Source: a virus (lineage: Duplodnaviria > Caudoviricetes). Taken from it: DNA of 64,000 bases. The stretch is from IMG/VR virus record IMGVR_UViG_3300031867_000008, positions 1 through 64,000 of that record; one strand, 5' to 3'. The notes beneath the pieces are model-generated. The model made no database searches, was not told the origin of the DNA, and was given only the letters and a program-made list of their open reading frames with translations. Position 1 is the first letter of the stretch; every line of letters begins with the position of its first letter. The position numbers and the translations under genes were made by a program. This document shows positions 27,103-37,567 of the stretch, one piece after another.

Positions 27103-27933
27103 ATGAACGAAATCATTAAGGTATTTGAAAGTGAAGAATTTGGCTCTGTTAGAACAGTTCTCATTGACGGAGAGATGTGGTTTGTCGGGAAGGATGTAGC
27201 TGAGATACTTGGTTACAGTAATACAAGAGATGCACTTGCAAGACACGTCGATAACGAGGATAAAACCACCGTCATGATTCCCGACACTGGTTCTAACTAC
27301 AAAAGTCAAGCGGTTATCATTAACGAAAGTGGATTGTATAGTCTGATACTTTTAAGCAAGCTCCCGAAAGCTAAAGAGTTTAAGCGCTGGGTGACATCAA
27401 CCATATTGCCTACAATTCGCAAAACTGGTGGTTATGTTGCAAATGAGGATTTGTTTATTAACACATATCTTCCTAATGTTGATGATAATGTTAAAGCGTT
27501 ATTCAAACTCAATCTTCAAGCTATAAATCAGTTAAATCAGATTGTTGATAATCAACGGATAACTATCTCAACACAGCAAAGAAAAATCGAAGAAGATAAG
27601 CCCAAAGTAGAATTTGCGGATCATGTAGCAGACACCAGTGATTGTATTGATATAGGCACTCTTTCTAAGATTGCAAAGAAAGAAAACATACCTATCGGAA
27701 GAAATAGATTGTTTGAGTGGCTTCGCAAGAAAGATTTTCTTATGTCTAAAGGTAAGCACAAGAACGAACCTTATCAGCGTTATATAGATAACGGTTGGTT
27801 TGTTGTAAGAGAATATGTCTATAATACCGCTTATGGCGAACAAATAGGAACAAAAACATATGTTACTGGTAAAGGACAAATGTGCATAATAGAAAAACTC
27901 AGAAACGCTTATGAAAATAATCAGATCGTATAA
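27103..27933 (+). CDS. phage antirepressor (BRO-N + KilA-C)
   Basis: BRO-N motifs plus KPKVEFAD...GRNRLFEWLR...PYQRY...VTGKGQ. Confidence 0.92.
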   Translation: MNEIIKVFESEEFGSVRTVLIDGEMWFVGKDVAEILGYSNTRDALARHVDNEDKTTVMIPDTGSNYKSQAVIINESGLYSLILLSKLPKAKEFKRWVTSTILPTIRKTGGYVANEDLFINTYLPNVDDNVKALFKLNLQAINQLNQIVDNQRITISTQQRKIEEDKPKVEFADHVADTSDCIDIGTLSKIAKKENIPIGRNRLFEWLRKKDFLMSKGKHKNEPYQRYIDNGWFVVREYVYNTAYGEQIGTKTYVTGKGQMCIIEKLRNAYENNQIV

Positions 27934-28421
27934 TGAAAGGAAAAATTGTTATGGTTTATAGATTTACAGATTTCATTCAAACTCATGACTTTAGTGATGT
28001 ACAACAGTTCTTTGAGGACTTAGAAGAAACATTTAACGCTAAAATTGCTTGTAATAGAAAAAATGGATTTAGAACGATGAAAATTGTTGCCCCCAAGGAC
28101 TTTATCAAAGATGTATTTTATTCGCTTATTGTAAGTCCTCATGTGCTTAAAGACGTGATAACAAGATTCTCGATGTTTGAAAATTACACAATTGAAGAGC
28201 TTAAAGAAATATTTGACGATGAGAAAAATGATGTTCTTACATTTACTATATGTGACGATCGAGTTTGTTTTATAGATCAAGTTAGATTTCTAGCTAACAC
28301 GATAGTTGATAAAGGGGACGATAGCTATAATTTCGTTTATCTTCATAATAGTGTGGCACATGATTTCATGAATGAACTTAGAAACAAGCGCATTCCTACA
28401 TTAGTGTTTGATTTTAAATAA
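27933..28421 (+). CDS. hypothetical protein
   Basis: Coupled ORF. Confidence 0.7.
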   Translation: MKGKIVMVYRFTDFIQTHDFSDVQQFFEDLEETFNAKIACNRKNGFRTMKIVAPKDFIKDVFYSLIVSPHVLKDVITRFSMFENYTIEELKEIFDDEKNDVLTFTICDDRVCFIDQVRFLANTIVDKGDDSYNFVYLHNSVAHDFMNELRNKRIPTLVFDFK

Positions 28422-28493
28422 AATTCAAGTACTTTTATAAATCCTCCTTGTAAAGAGTGACCGTGGTAATAGCTGCGGTCACTTTTACAATAT

Positions 28494-28567
28494 GCGATTG
28501 TAGCTCAGTCGGTTAGAGCGACACTCTGATAAGGTGTAGGTCACAGGTTCGATTCCTGTTAATCGCA
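28494..28567 (+). tRNA. tRNA-Ile(GAT), CCA not encoded
   Basis: Acceptor GCGATTG/TAATCGC, D arm GCTC/GAGC, anticodon loop CT-GAT-AA, T arm ACAGG-TTCGATT-CCTGT; followed by CTA. Confidence 0.92.
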
Positions 28568-28598
28568 CTATAAAGAAAATAAAGAAAGGAGAAAAAAG

Positions 28599-29720
28599 AT
28601 GCCAACAGCAACACCTCGTAAAAGAGGTCGTCCTAAAAAAGTCGAAGCAATAGACCAAACGCCAAATCCATGTATAAGGTGTGGCAAACAGTATAAACGA
28701 TATGCAAGCAACTTTTTTAAAAATGGAAAAAGTGACATTTATGTTCAAAATGATTCTCGTATTCCGATTTGTTCCAATTGCTTAAATGAATTGCAGGAGA
28801 ATCTTGAAAAGAAAATCAGAGATAAAAGAATTGTATACATGATTATGTGTGCATATTGTGATTTTTATTATTGTGATAAGGCTTATTACGATACTATCAA
28901 TAACAATGGAGATTTTGGAAAATATGCTCGTATTATTGGTGGACAGCAACAGTATAACAATAAAACGTTCAAGGATAGCATTATAGAGTTTAACGATAGA
29001 ATGATCGAATTACTCACTCCTGCAGATATGCCTGTGGCAAGAAAAATGAATGAGCAGGACAAAAAGAACATGACATATGTAATATCTTCTATTGGCTATG
29101 ATTGTTTTAATGATGATTCATGGACGGAAGATGACAAAAGATTTGCCTTTAATACTCTTGCTGATTATCTTACTGATGACACGTTGGAAGATCCTCATAA
29201 AATTCAATCAGTTATTTCAATGGTAAAAACTTATGTTCAGGTCGAGCAAATTGACAGAAGTCTCAATACAGAACTAAGAAAATCTTCTCCTGATACGGAT
29301 AATTTAAATAAACTAACAAACGTTAAAAAGAATTTGCTGTCTACCATAAATGCTACGGCTAAGGAAAATGGTATCTCAGCCATTGCAAGTGGCAAGAAAA
29401 CGCAAGGCGGTAATTCTCTTACGAGAATCATGAGAGAGATGGCTGATAATAATTTTGAAGAAATAAAAGCAAACGTGGTCAATTCCAGATTGGCTGAATC
29501 TTACAAAGAAGTTGCTACTGACAACATAAAAGCTATTCTTGCAGAACTTGCTTTAACTGGTGATGAATATGCTGAAATGCTTTCAAATCAAACAGAACTT
29601 GTCGCAAAGCAACAAGAAAAAATTGATATTCTTGAAGAAGATAAACGCAAATTAAGAATAGAAATCAAAGAACTTAACGAAGAAATTGGAAGGCTGGATG
29701 CTCGTAAGAAAAAGAAGTAG
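28599..29720 (+). CDS. terminase-associated protein (YonG-like, possible small subunit)
   Basis: PRKRGRPKK AT-hook-like motif, CxxC pairs, coiled-coil end; directly upstream of terminase. Confidence 0.6.
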   Translation: MPTATPRKRGRPKKVEAIDQTPNPCIRCGKQYKRYASNFFKNGKSDIYVQNDSRIPICSNCLNELQENLEKKIRDKRIVYMIMCAYCDFYYCDKAYYDTINNNGDFGKYARIIGGQQQYNNKTFKDSIIEFNDRMIELLTPADMPVARKMNEQDKKNMTYVISSIGYDCFNDDSWTEDDKRFAFNTLADYLTDDTLEDPHKIQSVISMVKTYVQVEQIDRSLNTELRKSSPDTDNLNKLTNVKKNLLSTINATAKENGISAIASGKKTQGGNSLTRIMREMADNNFEEIKANVVNSRLAESYKEVATDNIKAILAELALTGDEYAEMLSNQTELVAKQQEKIDILEEDKRKLRIEIKELNEEIGRLDARKKKK

Positions 29721-29730
29721 GTGATGTTTT

Positions 29731-31581
29731 GTGAGTTTGACAATTTTAAATAAAGAATCAGCCAAAGACATCTCTATGAGGAAAATGGAAACTTATGAGA
29801 AATATTTAAAAGTAATAATTTGGGGAAGGAACGATCCAGTTAGATTTATAGATAGATTTATGGGTGTATCTTTGCTCGATATGCAGAGTTACGCTATTGC
29901 TAATTCGTGGAATCGAGATTTTTTACTTTGGTTAGAATCCCGAAATGCGGGAAAAAGTTCTAAGCTCGCTATTTATACTATGGCAAAAAGTTTACTATTT
30001 CCTTTACACGCTACATATTTCTTAGGAAATACAGGTGAACAAGCAAAAGATACATTTAAGAAAATTGAGAAGCTTGCTAAAAAAGAGATTGAATCTTTTA
30101 TTGGCTGCACAGATGTTTTTTTTGAAGAACTAAAAAAATCAAATAATGGAGATGGATTTGTTCATAATCCAGCTTCTTTTACTTGTGAATTATTCAATGG
30201 CTCAACGATAAATACGCTAAACTCAGATGTTACAAATATTAAAGGTAAACGTGCTAATTTAGTTTGCTTTGATGAAGCTGGGTGGTTTAGTGATGAACTT
30301 TTTATACAAGCTGAAAACTTCGTAAACCAAGATGAAAACTTTAAACTTGGTGGCGGCATTGATTTGGCTCTTGAACCAAAAGGATTTCCACGACAATTAC
30401 TCTATGCTTCGTCAGCAAGTGATACATCTTCTGAATTTTATAAAAAATTCAAATCTTTTAGCAAAGAAATGTTGATAGGAAATCAGCATTATTTTGTTTG
30501 TGACTTCACAATTGATTCTGTACTAAAAGCTAAATTTAAAGGCGAACCTTATCCTCCACTGATTTCACAAGATAAAGTTGACAAAATGATGTCAGACAAT
30601 AGGGATAAGGCACTTCGAGAACTTTATAATAAGTTTTCTGCTGATTCATATGACGAGCAAATACTGAGTAGGCGTGATCTAAAACAATGTACAATAAATA
30701 GAATGCCTTTGCTTGAAAACGATACTGGCAATAGACTATTCGTAATGGCGTGGGACTCTGCGAGACTTAATGATAACTCGGTCATTGGTATCGCAGAACT
30801 TATATTTGACAAAGATAAAGGTTGGACTATGAATTTAGCCAACGTTGTTTCCCTTGTAGATATAGCCACACAAAATAAAACTCCTATGCGTATGCCTGAA
30901 CAGGTAGAAGAATTTAAACGATTACTCTTAAAATATAACGCAAACGATAAAATGAAACTTGATTATGAAAATATAAAAGCAGTAATATGTGATTCGGGTG
31001 CAGGCGGTAATATGATAGGTGGTATTACTGATTATCTGTTTGAAAGTTGGAAAGATGAACATGGTACAGAACATAAAGGTCTTATTGATAGAAGTCACAA
31101 ATCGAGTGAAACTGCAAAAATAAAATATCCTAACGCAGTCGATATAATAAAGTTGGTTGACCCTAAAGGAAATAGAAACGCCATTATGGAGTCATTGGAA
31201 CAAATGATAAAATTAGGAGTATTCACATTTCCAACTGAATATGATACTTCTAAAGAATATGTTTTTACAATAGATGACGAGGGTAATGAACAAAAAATAG
31301 AATTAAATTTTGACCAAAAATTATCATTGGCTCAAATTGAATTAACAAAGACTGAAATAATAACGATGTGTAAGTATGTAACGGGTGGTAATGTTAGATA
31401 TGATTATCCTCCCGAGAAGCGCAACACGCTTCATGACGATAAGCTATATACCGTAGGCTTATTATGTTATTATCTTGCACAATTAAGAAGAAATACAACA
31501 GTAACAAAACCAAAAGAGGCACCGAAATTCGATTGGAGTAGCTTGTCTCGCAGTCCATCAATTGTAAGTGCAGTATCATAA
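29731..31581 (+). CDS. terminase large subunit
   Basis: SRNAGKS Walker A, VCFDEAG Walker B, AWDSA and HDD nuclease residues. Confidence 0.9.
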   Translation: MSLTILNKESAKDISMRKMETYEKYLKVIIWGRNDPVRFIDRFMGVSLLDMQSYAIANSWNRDFLLWLESRNAGKSSKLAIYTMAKSLLFPLHATYFLGNTGEQAKDTFKKIEKLAKKEIESFIGCTDVFFEELKKSNNGDGFVHNPASFTCELFNGSTINTLNSDVTNIKGKRANLVCFDEAGWFSDELFIQAENFVNQDENFKLGGGIDLALEPKGFPRQLLYASSASDTSSEFYKKFKSFSKEMLIGNQHYFVCDFTIDSVLKAKFKGEPYPPLISQDKVDKMMSDNRDKALRELYNKFSADSYDEQILSRRDLKQCTINRMPLLENDTGNRLFVMAWDSARLNDNSVIGIAELIFDKDKGWTMNLANVVSLVDIATQNKTPMRMPEQVEEFKRLLLKYNANDKMKLDYENIKAVICDSGAGGNMIGGITDYLFESWKDEHGTEHKGLIDRSHKSSETAKIKYPNAVDIIKLVDPKGNRNAIMESLEQMIKLGVFTFPTEYDTSKEYVFTIDDEGNEQKIELNFDQKLSLAQIELTKTEIITMCKYVTGGNVRYDYPPEKRNTLHDDKLYTVGLLCYYLAQLRRNTTVTKPKEAPKFDWSSLSRSPSIVSAVS

Positions 31582-31608
31582 ATAGTTTAAAAGAAAGGTG
31601 GTGGCAGA

Positions 31609-33138
31609 GTGACAGAACAAATTGATAATGAAGGACTTGTCCAGTATGAAAAAGACAAAAAGGTTATTGATGATTTTTTGGATAACAAGACTTCAAAATT
31701 CGATTATGCTGCGTTTTCAAGATTGATGATCCACGAAATGCAAGTTAATGGACACTTTGAAGAAAACAAAATTTTAGGATTCAAAAGATGCGAAATTATC
31801 AGAATGATAGAATGTCCTGAAAGAAATCGAAAACGAATATTGAAACTCAGTGAGTATATGTATCTTAGGTCGGGGTATTATAAGCGACTGATAGATTATT
31901 TTGTAAATCAGGTCATAATCAATTACACGGTTGAGACAAAGATCAACTCTACAAAAGCATATGAAAAGCAAGATGTTATAAGAACCAATTTTATAAAATT
32001 TTCACATCAGGCAGATAAATTTAATTTGCGAAGTGTGACTCGGGAGATTTTTACACGATTGTATAAAAATGATGTGTGTTTTGCTTTTGTTGCGGAAGAT
32101 GATTTTTCATGCAAATATTTCTTTTTAGACCCTATGATTTGTGAAATTGAATCTGTGGTTGATGGCAAGGTTTTTCAATTTTATATAAAGTCAAGAAATC
32201 TGTCAAAAACAAAACTTGAATCATTTCCTGAACCTTTGAAAGAACTAATTGAAAACTACGCTGATCCGAAAGGTCGAGTGATGATCCCATACGGTAATTC
32301 GTTGTGTTTGAAATATAACAGTGACTTTGCGTTTGCTTATCCACCATTTCTTATGATGATAGCTGACATTTTATTGATTGATGATTTTAAGGATTTGGCA
32401 AAAACACAAAGCGTTAATGATGCTTATAAATTGTTGGCTATGAAAATACCAACTAAAGACGGAGAAATTACTCTCGATCAAGGTTTGATTGAACCTTTTG
32501 TAAGACAAGTTCTCAATGTCGTTAAAAATAACATTGGTGTTATTACTACTCCATTTGACACTAAGACAGAAGAATTTAGTTCAAGCAACGCTGATAACAG
32601 AGACAATGTTTCAAACTCTATAAGTTGGGCTTTCAAAGACGTTGGTGTTTCGGAAGCTCTTATGAGTGGTGCAACATCTGGAAGTGAATTAAAGCTATCA
32701 ATAATAAATGACAGTGGTGATAATTTTAGATTGTATAGACAGCTTGAAAACTGGATTGAATTTCAAATGAAACTGCGAAAGTTCTATTATAGTGGGAATC
32801 AATATGAGTTTGTTTATAAGATTTTAAACATGACTACATTCAATGAGTCTGAGGTCAGAGATAAAGCTCTTAAAGAGGCTCAGAGTGGTTTGCCAAATAA
32901 GTTTGAACTTGAAGCTACGAGGGGGAGAAGTCCTTGTATGGTTCTTGGCTGTTCCTTTGTTGAAAATAATATCTTTGCTGACGTGTTTAATAATTGGAAA
33001 CCGTTGCAGACCAGTTACACTCAATCGGGAGACAGCGAAGGTGGCAGACCTGAGATGGAAGATACTGAGATTACTGAACGAGGGCAAGATACAAGAGATC
33101 AGAATGCTAACGATTCAGAAAATAGGCTAAAGGTGTAG
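31609..33138 (+). CDS. portal protein
   Basis: Follows terminase; C-terminal PLQTSYTQSG...GGRP typical of SPbeta-type portals. Confidence 0.85.
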   Translation: MTEQIDNEGLVQYEKDKKVIDDFLDNKTSKFDYAAFSRLMIHEMQVNGHFEENKILGFKRCEIIRMIECPERNRKRILKLSEYMYLRSGYYKRLIDYFVNQVIINYTVETKINSTKAYEKQDVIRTNFIKFSHQADKFNLRSVTREIFTRLYKNDVCFAFVAEDDFSCKYFFLDPMICEIESVVDGKVFQFYIKSRNLSKTKLESFPEPLKELIENYADPKGRVMIPYGNSLCLKYNSDFAFAYPPFLMMIADILLIDDFKDLAKTQSVNDAYKLLAMKIPTKDGEITLDQGLIEPFVRQVLNVVKNNIGVITTPFDTKTEEFSSSNADNRDNVSNSISWAFKDVGVSEALMSGATSGSELKLSIINDSGDNFRLYRQLENWIEFQMKLRKFYYSGNQYEFVYKILNMTTFNESEVRDKALKEAQSGLPNKFELEATRGRSPCMVLGCSFVENNIFADVFNNWKPLQTSYTQSGDSEGGRPEMEDTEITERGQDTRDQNANDSENRLKV

Positions 33139-33147
33139 AAAAGTAAA

Positions 33148-33420
33148 ATGCAAAAAATAATATGTAATAAAATACAGTGTACTTTTTGTAAAGATATTAT
33201 AGAATCTCGCAACACGCATGATTATGTTGTATGCAAGTGTGGCAAGTGCGCCTGTTATGGTGGCTTACAGGAATTAAAGCGAGATTTTGTTTACTCTTAT
33301 GAGGACTATACGGAACTGAGTGTAGTTGAAGAAGTTGAAAATGACGAGGTGGTGATAGATGATGAATACTCAGAAACAAGGAAACATCGTAATAAACGTA
33401 ATAAGCGAAGAAAAGGCTGA
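33148..33420 (+). CDS. small zinc-binding protein
   Basis: C-x-x-C-x-DIIES...HD...CKCG...GG. Confidence 0.7.
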   Translation: MQKIICNKIQCTFCKDIIESRNTHDYVVCKCGKCACYGGLQELKRDFVYSYEDYTELSVVEEVENDEVVIDDEYSETRKHRNKRNKRRKG

Positions 33421-33574
33421 CGAACTAATAAAACTCGGCTTTCATTGCTCAAAACAAAAATTAAATGATAAAGATTTTGTTTATCAATTTGTATCATCAC
33501 CTGAACTTATGAAAATGCTTTCCAGTCGGTTTGAAAAAACCGACTTTTTTATTGGAAACACAATGTTTTTATGA
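33362..33574 (+). CDS. small hypothetical protein
   Basis: GAGGTGG RBS. Confidence 0.6.
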   Translation: MNTQKQGNIVINVISEEKADELIKLGFHCSKQKLNDKDFVYQFVSSPELMKMLSSRFEKTDFFIGNTMFL

Positions 33575-33588
33575 GGTGGTGATAAAAA

Positions 33589-35088
33589 ATGAGCCGAGAA
33601 ACAAACGAAAAACTTGACCCAAAGCGATCAATTTATTCTGCTGTTAAACTAACAGATTTTAAGATTTTAAATTCTGACTTTACACGTTGCAGATGTAGTG
33701 TTTTTTACACTGGAAAAAATAGAAACCATTCAAATATAACAGAATCAGCTCTACAAAAACTGATTGCTAGAAAAGGATATGCTAACGTTCCTGTGGTTGG
33801 ACATATCAAGAAAGTCGATAACAATTCCATCATGGGAGGTCATGACAGAAAAATTGAAATTGATGACACAGGTGTAAAGATAACAAACGAATGTGTTGCT
33901 TATGGTGTAATTCCCGAAGATTGTAACCCACAAATGGAAGTAATTACAGATATACATGGAATTGAAAAGGAATATTTCTGCGTTGATATTATTTTATGGA
34001 CTCATTATTTCCCCGAAATTTTAGAATCGGCAGGAGATGATGAGATTTTCTTTAATCAGTCTATGGAAATCGAAGTGACTGATGGAGAGTACGATGAAAA
34101 GTGGGACTATTTCAATATCAATGATTTTAATTTGCAGGCGCTTTGCCTTTTGGGGAGATACAGTGGAGAATTAAAAGATAATTCTGTAGAACCATGCTTT
34201 GCAGATTCTGTTGTAAAAAGATTTTCTATCAACGAAACTGCTTTTAAGCGCAACTTTGACTTGCTACTTGAAAAGTTACACAAGTATGAATCAGACAGCG
34301 AAAGCCAGTCTGTTTCACATATAAACGATAATTCTGAAAAGAAAGGAGAGATGTTGAAAATGGATTTTTCTAAGATTTTAGAAAAGCTGTCTGAAACAAA
34401 GATTGAAAATTCTGATACTGCTAAGTACGCTTTCATCAATGCAACCGAAACAACCATCGGAGTTCTCGATAGAGAGGATTATAAGGCTTATTCTATTGAT
34501 TATGCTATTGTCGATGAGAATGTAGTGATTGATTATGAGAGTAAGAAAGAGTGTAAATTTGCTGTTGCTGAAATTGCAGACTCTGAATCTACATTCGATC
34601 TTAAAGCAGAAATTGATTCTATCAAAGACGTAGTTAAGTGTGAGGTGGAGGCATCTATTTCCGCAACTTACGCTGAAAGCTATGATAAGAAGATTCAGTC
34701 TATTACCGAGCAATTTGACAAGTTGTCCGAGGAACACAAGACAGCTATGGTTGAACTTGAAAAGTTCAGAGCAGAAGATGCACGAGCAAAAGAGATTGCT
34801 AAGAAAAACGAGATTGATGCAATTGTTAATAAATTCGAGAGTCAGATGAATAAGTATGCAGCATTTATGATTTGGAAAGCAAATCTTGATTACAGCAAGA
34901 CTACTCCCGAAGATGTAAACAAGGAACTGACACTTATGCTCGGTAAGATGACTGTTGATGGCGGCAAGAAGGAAAGTTTTTCGTATAAGCCTATGGTTTC
35001 AGGCGTTGGCGGTACAAGCAACAAGAATATGTTTGTTGACACTGAACGCTATGGAAACTATTTCGATAGACTTATGAACAATGACTAA
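33589..35088 (+). CDS. prohead protease/scaffold (YonD-like)
   Basis: GKNRN, VPVVG, QSMEI, ALCLLG, EPCF; coiled-coil C-terminus. Confidence 0.8.
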   Translation: MSRETNEKLDPKRSIYSAVKLTDFKILNSDFTRCRCSVFYTGKNRNHSNITESALQKLIARKGYANVPVVGHIKKVDNNSIMGGHDRKIEIDDTGVKITNECVAYGVIPEDCNPQMEVITDIHGIEKEYFCVDIILWTHYFPEILESAGDDEIFFNQSMEIEVTDGEYDEKWDYFNINDFNLQALCLLGRYSGELKDNSVEPCFADSVVKRFSINETAFKRNFDLLLEKLHKYESDSESQSVSHINDNSEKKGEMLKMDFSKILEKLSETKIENSDTAKYAFINATETTIGVLDREDYKAYSIDYAIVDENVVIDYESKKECKFAVAEIADSESTFDLKAEIDSIKDVVKCEVEASISATYAESYDKKIQSITEQFDKLSEEHKTAMVELEKFRAEDARAKEIAKKNEIDAIVNKFESQMNKYAAFMIWKANLDYSKTTPEDVNKELTLMLGKMTVDGGKKESFSYKPMVSGVGGTSNKNMFVDTERYGNYFDRLMNND

Positions 35089-35114
35089 TTCAAAGGAAAG
35101 GAAAGTGAAGTAAT

Positions 35115-35690
35115 ATGGCTAATATGTATGGCGTAGTTGAAACTACTAAGATTACTGAAATCTGCTATGATTTTGTGAATAACACTACTGACATTGAAAA
35201 TGGTTGGGTAGTTAAAAAAGGTGACATTGTAACTGGTGAAAGAAACGTATATGCTGCGGAGATTCCTGCGGCAACTGATAAGGTTTATCTTGTTGCAAAT
35301 CCTGCATGGAGTTACACTGATATTCCTTCTGAGCAGGGTGAGGAAAATTTTATCAATGTTAAGAAAAAGGTATTTAGAGGTTATGGTCTTGCTCCTACAA
35401 ACAAGTTTGGTGTAACCGATTATACCATTACTGACGGTGACACTATTGCTGTTGGCAATTATGTTGGTGTTGATGGTACTACTATGAAACTGAAAAATCT
35501 TGGTTCTACTGAGCCTACTGGTGTAGGTTTCTATGGTAAGGTTACTGAAATCGAGAACACTGGTATTTATCCTTGCATAAATATTGCGACTGTAACTTCT
35601 CCTTCTGGTACACCTCCCACTGGTGGTGGCGAAATAGTTGCAGAGGGTAAAAAGGTAATTATCGAAGTAGTCAAGAACGAGACTGTTTAA
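35115..35690 (+). CDS. capsid decoration/cement protein
   Basis: Position between scaffold and capsid; beta-rich. Confidence 0.65.
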   Translation: MANMYGVVETTKITEICYDFVNNTTDIENGWVVKKGDIVTGERNVYAAEIPAATDKVYLVANPAWSYTDIPSEQGEENFINVKKKVFRGYGLAPTNKFGVTDYTITDGDTIAVGNYVGVDGTTMKLKNLGSTEPTGVGFYGKVTEIENTGIYPCINIATVTSPSGTPPTGGGEIVAEGKKVIIEVVKNETV

Positions 35691-35715
35691 TAATTAAGGA
35701 AGGAGTGAATGAATA

Positions 35716-36732
35716 ATGGAAACTAATTTAATGCAGATTGTTAATCTTATGAACGATGCTTATTCTAAGAGAATTAGCACTTTTGCTTCTCCCGAAGCAG
35801 TAAAATACACCGATGAGGCTATCAGACTTGCGCTGTTCGATATTCTTGGTGATAATAAGCTTACATATAGAGGTTGGAGAAATCACAAGAATGAAATATT
35901 CACTATAATTGAGGAAGTGCTTGACACTAACCTTCCTCTTGCTTGGGAGGACAGCCCCTTCTACAAGCAGTTTGTAGAGTCCAAGAATGGTGCGCTTGGT
36001 GATAAGAACGAGTTCGTTGTAAACGATGCTTCTGTTCTTGTTGCTACTACTTTTGCTGGTAATCACTGGAATACTGACCGCAAAAAGCTTTCTGGTCGTA
36101 GGACATTCTCTCTCGATACTGAGTGGATCTATATTCATGTATATGATGATTTTGAGAGATTCTTAAAGGGTCTGATTACAGTTGTTGACCTTATCAACGC
36201 TATGCAGGGTGCTTTACAGAGAGCAATTGACGAGAGAATTTATACTGCATTTAATGGCGCAGGCACATATCTTCCTGCTGCTTTCCAAGTAACAGGTACT
36301 TACGATGCTGGACAGATGAGAACTCTGATTCAGCGTGTACAGACTGCTGCTCAAAAGAATGTTATTCTTGCTGGTACTAAGACAGCCCTTGCTAATATTG
36401 CTACTGGTATGAATGCAGCTTGGATTTCCAACGCACAGAAAGAGGAAATGGCTACTAAGGGTGCAGTTCTTGAACTGACAGGTCTTGGCGTTTCTGCTGT
36501 TGAAATTCCTCAGACTTTTGTTAGAGGTACATACAACTTTAAGGTGGACGATACTTCCATCTTTGTTCTTCCTGACAATGAGAAGTTTATCAAACTTTAC
36601 TTTGAGGGTGACACTCGTGCAAGAGATCTGACTGAAAAGGACACTCACGACCAGACTATTGATTCTCAGGTACAGACCAAACTCGGCGTTGGACTTGCGT
36701 TCAGCTCTATCTTTGGTAAGTACACTATGTAA
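35716..36732 (+). CDS. major capsid protein
   Basis: 338 aa, strongly biased codons, F-x-IIEE and GDKNEF motifs, followed by terminator. Confidence 0.85.
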   Translation: METNLMQIVNLMNDAYSKRISTFASPEAVKYTDEAIRLALFDILGDNKLTYRGWRNHKNEIFTIIEEVLDTNLPLAWEDSPFYKQFVESKNGALGDKNEFVVNDASVLVATTFAGNHWNTDRKKLSGRRTFSLDTEWIYIHVYDDFERFLKGLITVVDLINAMQGALQRAIDERIYTAFNGAGTYLPAAFQVTGTYDAGQMRTLIQRVQTAAQKNVILAGTKTALANIATGMNAAWISNAQKEEMATKGAVLELTGLGVSAVEIPQTFVRGTYNFKVDDTSIFVLPDNEKFIKLYFEGDTRARDLTEKDTHDQTIDSQVQTKLGVGLAFSSIFGKYTM

Positions 36733-36768
36733 TCATAAACGTTTATACAAATTTAATACTTAAATTTA

Positions 36769-36801
36769 AGGGCTGATGGGAATAACTATCAGCCCTATTT
36801 A
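36769..36801 (+). terminator. rho-independent terminator
   Basis: AGGGCTGAT...ATCAGCCCT then T-rich tract. Confidence 0.7.
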
Positions 36802-36832
36802 TATTTTACACTATCGGAAAGGAAATTATTCA

Positions 36833-37543
36833 ATGAATTTTGAAGAAATGACTTTAGAAGAACTGAAAAGTTATGCCAAGAGCAAGGATATAAAGGTCGG
36901 AAATATCAGTCGTGAAAAGCTGATTGATAAAATTAAAGAAGTCGAAAGCGTAGCTACGGTATTATCTGCCGATGATGATTTGGTTCAAGAAAAAGTAGAA
37001 GTTGTAGTTGAAGAAAAGAAGTCCACTTCCCTGCTTGAAAACATAAATTCTGCACTTGACGATTTGGATAATGTTGATGAACAGGGTTATGAAGATGACT
37101 ATGAACCTTTGGCAGATAATGTTAAAATTCAGGTTCGCAGTATTACATTTGGTAGACTTATCTATCGTTCTCCTACAAACAATGCTCTGTTCATATGGAA
37201 CAACATAGGCGAAACAAAGACTATGAGTATTGCAGAGATTATTGAAATGAATAATTCTCGTCCTGATTTTCTGCAAGAACCGAGAGTCATACTTCTCAAT
37301 GAGACTGCAATCAAGCAATTTCATCTAACACAGATTTATGAAAACGTTGCTCAAATAAATAATCTTAAAACATTGTTTAAGAAAAGCGAAGCTGAAATTT
37401 CTAAAGTGATCGACAATGCTATTATGGCAAATATGAGAGATATTCTTATCTCAAAAGTCAGAACTATGTATGCAAATAAGAGTTTGACCGATATAAACAT
37501 TATTGGATTGCTTGAACGCAAGTTACAGTTTGACTTAACATAA
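36833..37543 (+). CDS. virion morphogenesis protein with Rho-N-like HeH N-terminus
   Basis: EEMTLEELKSYAK...REKLIDKI. Confidence 0.65.
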   Translation: MNFEEMTLEELKSYAKSKDIKVGNISREKLIDKIKEVESVATVLSADDDLVQEKVEVVVEEKKSTSLLENINSALDDLDNVDEQGYEDDYEPLADNVKIQVRSITFGRLIYRSPTNNALFIWNNIGETKTMSIAEIIEMNNSRPDFLQEPRVILLNETAIKQFHLTQIYENVAQINNLKTLFKKSEAEISKVIDNAIMANMRDILISKVRTMYANKSLTDINIIGLLERKLQFDLT

Positions 37544-37567
37544 TAATTATGAAAGGAAGGTGACAGC

